From NCBI RefSeq assembly GCF_000315625.1, contig NW_005434599.1:1-54468 (forward strand): 54,468 nt of DNA, written 5' to 3'. Below are positions 1 to 8,497 of the stretch, piece after piece (positions within the stretch are counted from its first letter, which is position 1; each line of letters starts with the position of its first letter). The DNA is from Guillardia theta CCMP2712 (lineage: Eukaryota; Protista; Cryptophyta). A model generated the notes under the pieces. That model ran no database searches. It worked only from the letters and a program-made list of their open reading frames with translations, and was not told the DNA's origin. Position numbers and translations under genes: made by a program.

Positions 1-9
1 GCGTTAATA

Positions 10-2924
10 TTACCAAATATGTGGTAATATTAGCTTGAATTGCTTGTTGATACGCAGATTTCTGAAAATAGAGATATAATCTTGCAATGAGACATCATTG
101 TAATCGATCATATGATTGAATCGTGAATATTTCAAGAAATCATTATATTCAATTTGTGATTTGAATAAAGGATAATTGTGTTGATAGTCTATGTTTTTTT
201 TATAATATATTTCATTGATCTGATAACCGCAATCATCCTGTTTGACATAGCGACATCTCATCAAACACTGAAATATCTTGTTTGTCTCAATAAATGCATT
301 CTCTACATTCCCAAATTCTTCCAATAAGAACACTCTTTTATCAAAATACCCTTCTGATTCTTCACTCAATCCTGTTGTGATTGTGAAAGTATAAGCAAAA
401 AATTGGAAACCCTCTTTCGATATCAATGAAGGGTTCTCAATATATTTTTTGTATTTATCTTTGTTGTCACCAGTTATAAACAAAAACTTTATGTTGCAGT
501 ATTTAAATATTTTCTCTAATACATCATACCACTTCTCAAATACAATGATGCCACATATATTCATTCCATTCTTAATATCCTTGATCACATTATTGATAAA
601 GAGTGCAAAGATATTGTATTTCGCATCCACGTTTTTTGAATATTTCGTAATATTTGCTTTTAGTATCAATTTCTGTTTTAATCTTATTTCATCCGTATGA
701 AATACAGATACAACATTTTCATTGACACCCCATCTTGTAAATATGTCCTTCACAAAACATATCGATTGTGGAGACATTCTCAATAATCCCTCTGCAAAAT
801 ATACCTTTTTTAGATTTGTGGAAGTCAATAGACGATGTAAATTCCTAAATATTTCCTTTCTTTTATCATCATTCCTATTTCCATCCGTTGTTTTACATAT
901 TAATTGTGATGTTATCTCATCCAACTCGTCAAACACTATCATATCATAGCCATTCACATGATGGTTCTTAGACAATGAATGAATCGTTGTTATCAATCTA
1001 TCAGATCCATGCACATATTTATTCTTCTTATTGTTGTATATGTCAAATAAATCATATCCTCTCTTTTTCATCTCTTCATTTAATCGTTTCTGTAATGATG
1101 TTGATAAAGTTATGTTCGGGGTTATAAATAAAACATTATCTTCTCTTTTTATTTCATCAATCAGCAAACCAGTTTTATTCTTCCCCATGTTCGCTGATAA
1201 TATGTTATATTTTGTATCTGATTTCAATTTTTCACCAAATTCAGGATATGGTAAAATCTTGAAAATATTTTCATCCAAATCTAGATTAGTTGATGTACAT
1301 ATTGATCTAAACACTAGGTTTTCTTTCCATTTGCTCAATACTTTTTTATCAAACAATCTTGCAACATATGAAATGTATTTTATTGGATTCAATAGGGAAA
1401 TCTTATAGTCATAGATTGTCTTGTTGTTCTCTATTGTCTTACAAAAATTTTCTATTATCAACCTATGCTTTTCTTTCTCATCTATCGAATCTAATGGCAT
1501 CTTATCCTTTAATTCCTCAATCAGCTGTTTCACTGATTTTCTATGAGTGTTCTTGATTCCACATTCCGTCGCAAGTTTTAATAATTGTTTTCTTGTTTGA
1601 TTCATATATGCATTCTCATTGTTTACATACGCACCATGTGTCCAATCTATTAGTTTGGTTTTGAATATTTCAATCCTATCACCATAATCAATTCTTGTAA
1701 ACCCTTGGTATTCTTCAAATTTATCTTCGCTCACATGTATCACATAATTCAACATGCACGAGATTATCTTCTTCCATTCATTGTAATCAAATACTTCCAA
1801 TGTATTGAATATTGTATCTAAACAACACAACATAAAGTGTTGTTTGATATAATCCTTTTCTATAGCTTCAAGATACTCTCTCCCTCTTTCTTTTATTGTT
1901 TTGGTTATTCTTGATTCTAGATTTTCACTCCTGTCTATTGCTATTCTTTTTTTATCTTTCCTCGCAAATTCGTTGCTTGGCAAAGCAATCGCTTCACATT
2001 TTGAATCACACTCTTCAAACTCTAATATTTTCCATGTTTCAATCAATTGATCTTCATATATACCTACATAGTGATATGTTTTCGGTACATTCAATGGCTG
2101 AATCGCCTTCTTCACATTCTTTGATGATATATATCTCTCTGATATTCTCTTTAATTTTGATTGACCAACCAATCTAAATTGTTGGTTGTCTGAATATATG
2201 CTCAGATCACATACACCACATTGTTTCATTTCATTGTTATTCGTTTTCTTCTTGTAGTGATTTTTCATGTTAAACTCTTCTAATGTTGGCAACAATATTC
2301 CTAGTATTTCATTCCTAAATTTCCAATCAAATATTATTGGCACTAATACATGGTACGAAATCTTAAAAGATAACATATCATGTTCTTCGCCACTTGATGT
2401 ACATATTGAAAAATCTTCCTTTTCAAATCTTCATCCAACTCCCTTTTTATTACTCTTATCAACTCCTCTATCAGTTCATATATCTCTTCTATAAACGGAT
2501 TCTCCCCTCTATTTATTTCTTCTTTGTATTGTCTTATTTCATCTAGATTATCCACTGGTTTATCTATGTCTATCGGAAACTTACATAATTTCCCTTCTTT
2601 TAATATTTCATATCCATTTATGTTGTAACTCAATGCTCTCTCCGTTTCTTTATATTTCAAATCTAAAAATGAAAATTCTTTCACTATTCTATCCCCACAT
2701 ATTTTATCACTCCCTATTATCATTATTGATCTCTTGTTCAATTCACTCTCTTTTAAACTTTCGTATAGTGAATTCTCATTTCTCACTAGATAGCTATACC
2801 ATCTCTCAAACAATGTGCCATCTTTTTTCTTTTCTATGTTCTCTTTTGTAACACGCTCTAATGATTTAAACTTCTCTGTATCTCTCAAATCTAATATTTC
2901 TGTTGTCTTGCTAAAATACTTCAT
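10..2924 (-). pseudogene. AEP (PrimPol-like) primase fused to UL9/origin-binding-protein-type SF2 helicase, split by a 1-nt frameshift near 2420-2423
   Basis: ORF 2343-2924 has AEP motif I (YEILKEGKLCKFPIDID). The other frame continues KEDFSICTSSGEEHDMLSFKISYHVLV (motif II, SxH) and CDLSIYSDNQQFRLVGQSK (motif III). Helicase motifs SANMGKNKT, VFDELDEITSQL, AYTFTITTGLS and QCLMRCR resemble UL9-type helicases. Confidence 0.8.
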
Positions 2925-3012
2925 CCTTCATCATTATAATCCATAATTTGTTTATATACTTTTATCATTATCCAACACCCAATTATTTTCTAAGTAAATG
3001 CTGATAAAATAA

Positions 3013-3303
3013 TTAAATTCTTAAAGCGTTCCGTTCCTCTTTCTTTCGTTTGTAATATTCTCGCATTCTCGCTTTCATTCTTTCTCTATATTCCTCATCT
3101 TCCTTGTATCTCCTATTGTTATTACGCTCCACTGTCTCTTTAAATTTCTCTCTAAATTCTTCATCCCTCTTATATCTCTCCATATTCCTATCATTCTTCT
3201 TCTTATAGAACTCTTTTAAAGTTCCTTCTTCTCTCTTCCTTTCCATTGACTCTCTATATTTCTCCCTATTGTATGCTCGCCTCTCTTCTATTGAATTAAA
3301 CAT
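3013..3303 (-). CDS. small highly charged helical hypothetical protein (virus-like)
   Basis: 96-aa ATG-initiated ORF, R/K/E/Y-rich, co-oriented with neighbouring element genes. Confidence 0.55.
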   Translation of the reverse strand: MFNSIEERRAYNREKYRESMERKREEGTLKEFYKKKNDRNMERYKRDEEFREKFKETVERNNNRRYKEDEEYRERMKARMREYYKRKKEERNALRI

Positions 3304-3356
3304 TCTTCTCTTATTATATTATTGTTTTTATTCTTATATATTTCATGCATTAGTCA

Positions 3357-3598
3357 CCATTGATTCCACAAAGGTATTGCATTGATTCTGCATTGATTCT
3401 GCAAAGGTATTGCATTGATTCAGCAAAGGTTTTGCATTGATTTTGCATTGATTTTGCATTGATTTTGCATTGATTTTGCATTGATATTGCAAAGGTTTTG
3501 CATTGATTCTGCAAAGGTTTCGCATTGATTCAGCAAAGGTTTCGCATTGATTCTGCATTGATTCCGCAAAGGTATTGCATTGATATTGCTAAGGTATG
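3357..3598. repeat. 22 tandem 11-bp units of two types (GCATTGATWYN and GCAAAGGTWTY)
   Basis: Parsed directly; array abuts the stop codon of the RING ORF at 3599. Confidence 0.92.
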
Positions 3599-4198
3599 CT
3601 ATTCATCAACTTGTGGAGCAATTTGTTTTTTCAATTCTTCTATCTCTGATTTCAATTCACTCATTTCAAATTTTAGTTTCATATTTTCTTGATTGCAAGA
3701 TTCTTTGTCATATTTGATCAATCCATTGTTATAACAAGCTAATAGATCATAGTACAAATCTTCTACACTCTTTCTCTTGTTTTGTTCATATCTCAAATTA
3801 TTTTTTAGTTTCATTATCTCTTCTTCCTCTGTTTTTTTCTTCGCTGATTCCGTTTCTTGTAGTCTTAATATTTCTCTTAATCTTTTTATTTCATTCTCAT
3901 GTTCACATAATTTCGCATAGTCTCTATAAGTTAAACGTATTACATCCTCTTTTGAAAACTCTGATTCAAACATTTTTATATCGTTCTCTTTTCTACATAA
4001 AGGACAATCATACGTTATTGTTGGATAATGCAATTCTTCATACTTATAGATTTTTACCTTCTCTAAATATCCTGTCATATGATGCACTTTTCGCGATTGT
4101 AGATTATTGATACAATCTGTGCATATTACATATCTTTTACACTGCACACATTTTATTGTCACTTCTCTGTAATTACAAACACAACAAATCCTGCTCAT
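3599..4198 (-). CDS. RING-finger-like (putative E3 ligase) protein with C-terminal coiled coil
   Basis: CCVC..CVQC..ICTDC..(insert)..CPLCR pattern followed by a heptad-rich charged region. Confidence 0.7.
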   Translation of the reverse strand: MSRICCVCNYREVTIKCVQCKRYVICTDCINNLQSRKVHHMTGYLEKVKIYKYEELHYPTITYDCPLCRKENDIKMFESEFSKEDVIRLTYRDYAKLCEHENEIKRLREILRLQETESAKKKTEEEEIMKLKNNLRYEQNKRKSVEDLYYDLLACYNNGLIKYDKESCNQENMKLKFEMSELKSEIEELKKQIAPQVDE

Positions 4199-4240
4199 TC
4201 TCTTTTTTATTATTTCGCTAACTATTTAAACCTTTTTTTT

Positions 4241-5398
4241 GTTGTCGCCCAAGATTAATATGATAACACAACAAGTAAAAGCTTGGGGTTTTATGTGGCT
4301 ACGAGTAGCTTCATGTTGCTTCTATTTGCTCCTTTTGACAATTGGGGCTTAACTGGACAAAATTGCAACGGGATCACAAGATCTAGATTATGAGGGAATA
4401 AGCTTGCGATCCCGTTGCAATTTTGTCGACCCATGAAATTATGATAGTTATCAGGAAATAGCACGATAACACAGTTAAAATCTGATACAAATATAATTTA
4501 TACTTTAATACAAGGTATCAGATTCGCAGCAGATGTATTTTAAACCTTTTTTATGTTGTCGCCCAAGATTAATATGATAAATATGTAAAAGTTTGGGGTT
4601 TTATGTGGCTACGAGTAGCTTCATGTTGCTTCTATTTGCTCCTTTTAACAATAGGGGCTAAACTGGACAAAATTGCAACGGGATCACAAGATCTAGATTA
4701 TGAGGGAATAAGCTTGCGATCCCGTTGCAATTCTGTCGACCCACGAAATTACGATAGTTATCAGATAATAACACGAGAACACAGTTAAAATATAAAAAAT
4801 ATAATTTATACTTTAATACAAGGTATCAGATTCGCAGCAGATGTATTTTAAACCTTTTTTATGTTGTCGCCCAAGATTAATATGATAAATATGTAAAAGT
4901 TTGGGGTTTTATGTGGCTACAAGTAGCTCCATGTTGCTTCTTTTAGCTCCTTTTGACAATAGGGGCTAAACTGGACAGAATTGCAACGGGATCACAAGAT
5001 CTAGATTATGAGGGAATAAGCTTGCGATCCCGTTGCAATTTTGTCGACCCACGAAATTACGATAGTTATCAGATAATAGCACGATAACACAGTTAAAATT
5101 TACATATATATAATCACATCCATATAGTATCTCTATGATCATAGAGCTAAACCATTAAATTGTTGTCGCCCAATGATATGTAAAAAATATATGTAAAAGC
5201 TTGGGGTTTTATGTGGATACGAGTAGCTTCATGTTGCTTCTATTTGCTCCTTTTGACAATAGGGGCTAAACTGGACAAAATTGCAACGGGATCGAAAGAT
5301 CTAGATTATGAGGGAATAAGCTTGAGATCCCGTTGCAATTCTGTCGACCCATGAAAATGTGATTGTAATCTGTAAATGTTACGAGAACACAGTTAAAA
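4241..5398. repeat. four direct repeats (~240-bp core, ~300-314-bp period), each containing a 72-nt palindrome
   Basis: Cores start GTTGTCGCCC at 4241, 4555, 4863 and 5162 and end CAGTTAAAA; hairpins at 4356-4427, 4666-4737, 4974-5045 and 5274-5345. Confidence 0.93.
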
Positions 5399-5475
5399 TC
5401 TGATAGAAATATTATTTTTATAGCTTTTACGAAGGGTTTATGCCTGTGTTTTAAGGTATGAATTCAACCAAATGG

Positions 5476-6569
5476 TATCAGCAGATTGATTTCATGGAGG
5501 TCTTTTAAAAATCGCATTGCACTGCGGTGGTTTTAATCGGATTCTTGCAATACACTCGCCGTCGGGGAATGTAGAATGAACAAATAAATCTATTACACTA
5601 CTAAAATTTCAGATTTAACTTAAAAGAAAAATTATCACAAAATCATCAAGAAATATATATGGTCAGTATGTTTCAACAGGGATAGGCCTTCGGCCCACGC
5701 ACTTACGTGCGTTACCGCTGTTTATTCTGTTATTTATGTGTTATGATACGCTCCATTATACAGTTCAGGACGACTGAAGACGTGTAATCAAGGGTTTGCG
5801 AGTGTAATAGGAATAACAAGTGTAGCACAAGTTGCAATGGAATAGATTCGCACTGCGTGCTCATCATAGCATTCGCTTTGCTCATGCTATACCGCCGTTT
5901 TAACATTGTGTAATTTATGCACTGCAATGCAGCATAAATCAAGATTGATATGGCAATTGCAAAATATATCTTGTTTATTATTCTGATTGAAATTTTGTCA
6001 TTGGATGATAATAATTTTGCTATGTTTTTAATTTGAATATTGTTGGTACTATAGTGTAATAGGAATAACAAGTGTAGCACAAGTTGCAATGGAATAGATT
6101 CGCACTGCGCGCTCATCATAGCATTCGCGTTGCTCATGCTATACCGCCGATTTACATTGTGTAATTTATGCACCACACTGCAGCATTAATTTACATTGAT
6201 AGGGCAATTAATATTTATTGGATATTATTTTAATTGAAATAATATTTATTGCAATGGGTAATTAATATTTATTGAACATAATCTTAATAGAAATTTTGTC
6301 AGTGTGTTATAATATTTTTCAATGTTTAAATTTGGATATTATTAGCATTGTACTGCAATTGGAATATATTTTAATTTTAGTAGTGTAATAGATTTATTGT
6401 ACGTAGGAATCATTGTTTTTACGAACAGAGTCATAATATAGGCTGTCCGGATAATGGTCTTCAGTGTGGTCTACATTCCCCGACGGCGAGTGTATTGCAA
6501 GAATCCGATTAAAACCACCGCAGTGCAATGCGATTTTTAAAAGACCTCCATGAAATCAATCTGCTGATA
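5476..6569. mobile_element. non-autonomous TIR DNA transposon (MITE) with 100-bp perfect TIRs and 8-bp TSD CCAAATGG
   Basis: 5476-5575 is the exact reverse complement of 6470-6569; CCAAATGG lies at 5468-5475 and 6570-6577; no transposase ORF. Confidence 0.85.
5801..6190. repeat. internal direct repeat within the MITE (~135-bp well-conserved block, 252-bp offset)
   Basis: AGTGTAATAGGAATAACAAGTGTAGCAC... starts at 5801 and at 6053. Confidence 0.85.
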
Positions 6570-6744
6570 CCAAATGGACGATGCGCCTCCACTGAAGTAC
6601 CCCCTACCCTACCCTCTCATTTGGTACCTTTGAGATGGGTAGGGTAGTGAAGAGTTTGTTATCGTTCGGGGGGTAGTGGGGTTGTGAAGTAAAGTGACCA
6701 GTGCAAAACATGAAGGCAACGCAAGGAAATTGAGGGCGAAAGAC

Positions 6745-6915
6745 ATGATTGAGATGATTGAGATGATGATTGAGATGATTGAGATGATTGAGATGATTGA
6801 GATGATTGAGATGATTGAGATGATGATTGAGATGATGATTGAGATGATGATTGAGATGATGATTGAGATGATGATTGAGATGATGATGATGATTGAGATG
6901 ATGATGATGATGATG
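6745..6915. repeat. (GATTGAGAT/GAT)n microsatellite running into an assembly gap
   Basis: Direct inspection. Confidence 0.9.
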
Positions 6916-7045
6916 NNNNNNNNNNNNNNNNNNNNNNNNNNNNNNNNNNNNNNNNNNNNNNNNNNNNNNNNNNNNNNNNNNNNNNNNNNNNNNNNNNNNN
7001 NNNNNNNNNNNNNNNAGCAGTAGAAGTTTAAGGCTAACGGGCGGA

Positions 7046-7420
7046 TTAAAACTTGTTCGCCACGAGCGCGACCTTTCGGAGGGTCCAACGGGCGACCATG
7101 GCAGGCTCTTCGGTGTAGATGGGAACCATGAAGAGGAGGCTTTCCCTGCTCCTTCTCAGCCCGGTGTAGCAGGGGCACATGTAGATGACACCGTGGGTGT
7201 CTCGGATCCCCGCGTGCGAGCTGGGGTCGGCGCTGGGATCGCTGGTGGAGACTTCGCGGAAGACGGAGAGGAGGAGGCGAGGGAAGTCGCTGAGCTGGGT
7301 GCGAGCTGGAGGGTCGACGAGCCTGCCGCTCTCTCGCTGGGACCACGAGGCTCCTTCGAGGAAGAGGCCATACAGGATGACCGCGTTCCCCTGCGACAAC
7401 TCCTGCTCCTCCCCCGCGGG
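7046..7420 (-). pseudogene. isolated dynein heavy chain C-terminal domain fragment
   Basis: ILYGLFLEGASW...YMCPCY...RWTLRKVALV matches the DHC C-terminus (GLFLEGARW, YxCPvY, HWxxRGVAL); no upstream DHC exons in the window. Confidence 0.7.
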
Positions 7421-8497
7421 CCCGGGCCCGCCGCCGACGGTCACCAGGTGGCAGCTACCGTACCGTGCTAACCGTACGGTCCGGTCACCGGCGGTAGGCC
7501 GGCCCTCGCCGGCCCGCCGTACGTACGGCGGTGCGGCCAACTTATTTTTCATCCGCACTGAGTTGAGTCACTGAAGTGCCCGCCCACCCAGCGGCCAGAT
7601 CATCGAATTCGGTAGGGTAGGGTACACAAGAAGGGGTTGTTTCTATTGAGGAAAGTACGGGTATTGTGACTAGGGGGCCAACCATGACAGAGGTGGTGGT
7701 CTGATCGGAGGGGTGATTTACAGCTTGAGCGCGTCACACGTATCCTTGAAGATACGCAGGCTTGTTTAAAAGGGGGCGCCCCCTTTTAAGCAGGGAGAAG
7801 AGGGCGGAGGAAACTGGAAGGGCGTCCTCCTGCTCCTGCTCCTCCTGTTGCGTTGACCGTCCTCCTTGTCATCTTGAATATCAGCATCACCAACTTCCTC
7901 CTCCTAACACGACCACCATCACCGCCACCTAATTTTTCATCGGTTTTCGAGTTTCCTCTGAACTCAACTAGTTGGTCCAACTTTGTTCGCTGCCCACCCT
8001 TCGGGGCGAAATTCTTTTCTTCTGCCTCTGGAACAAGTTTTTATTCACCCTGAACATCGTGCTTGTTTGTGGTCCTCAAAGACAACCTATGGTTTCATTC
8101 TTTCATCCTCATTGTTGCTTCGTGTCGTTCTCTTGCTCCCTTTCTGTTGCACCCATCATGGATTGGTTTGTTTCGGCTCACTGACTCTCATCAACAGCTC
8201 GCCAGTGTGCTTTGCTCCTCGGTGCTCCTGGTTCAGCTCGAACACGTTCCAAGGACGACGGTGAACACTTTGGGAGTCAGCAGGAGCATCAAAGTATTCA
8301 AGGTGGAGAAGTACAAGAGGATTACTAGGTCAGTAGAGAACAAGATCAGAAGCATGTATGAGTGTGACGCGTTCCGCAGACTTGGATATATCTTGACGTG
8401 AAGGTTGATGGACTGCGAACATTCCACGCTGATTTGAAGGGCTCCTTGAAGATTGCACAGAAACACTTGAACCCTTCAGCGAACTTGTAGTGGAGAC

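Larger units (their letters stand above)
1..5460 (-). mobile_element. AT-rich integrated virus-like element (endogenous viral element or large self-replicating MGE); left part probably outside the window
   Basis: Abrupt AT-rich composition versus GC-rich host DNA after ~6580; intron-less co-oriented ORFs encoding primase-helicase and RING proteins; repeat arrays; no N-gap before host-like DNA. Confidence 0.75.

Noticed and set aside
3343-3558. 71-aa ORF MQNQC...
   Set aside because: Translation of the 11-bp array; unit length is not a multiple of 3
4514-4540. Resemblance of repeat spacer GGTATCAG..CAGCAGAT to the MITE TIR start
   Set aside because: Only two 8-mers match; not distinguishable from chance without more copies
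4603-4788. 61-aa ORF in repeat copy 2
   Set aside because: Equivalent frame is interrupted in copy 1 (TAA/TGA); likely incidental
4241-5398. CRISPR-like array
   Set aside because: Repeats are ~240 bp, spacers 1 and 2 are nearly identical, and no cas genes are present
5730-6176. 148-aa ORF in the MITE as a transposase remnant
   Set aside because: Arises from the internal direct repeat; no DDE or other motifs
6745-6915. Telomeric repeat
   Set aside because: Mixed 9/3-bp units, internal position, host sequence on both sides
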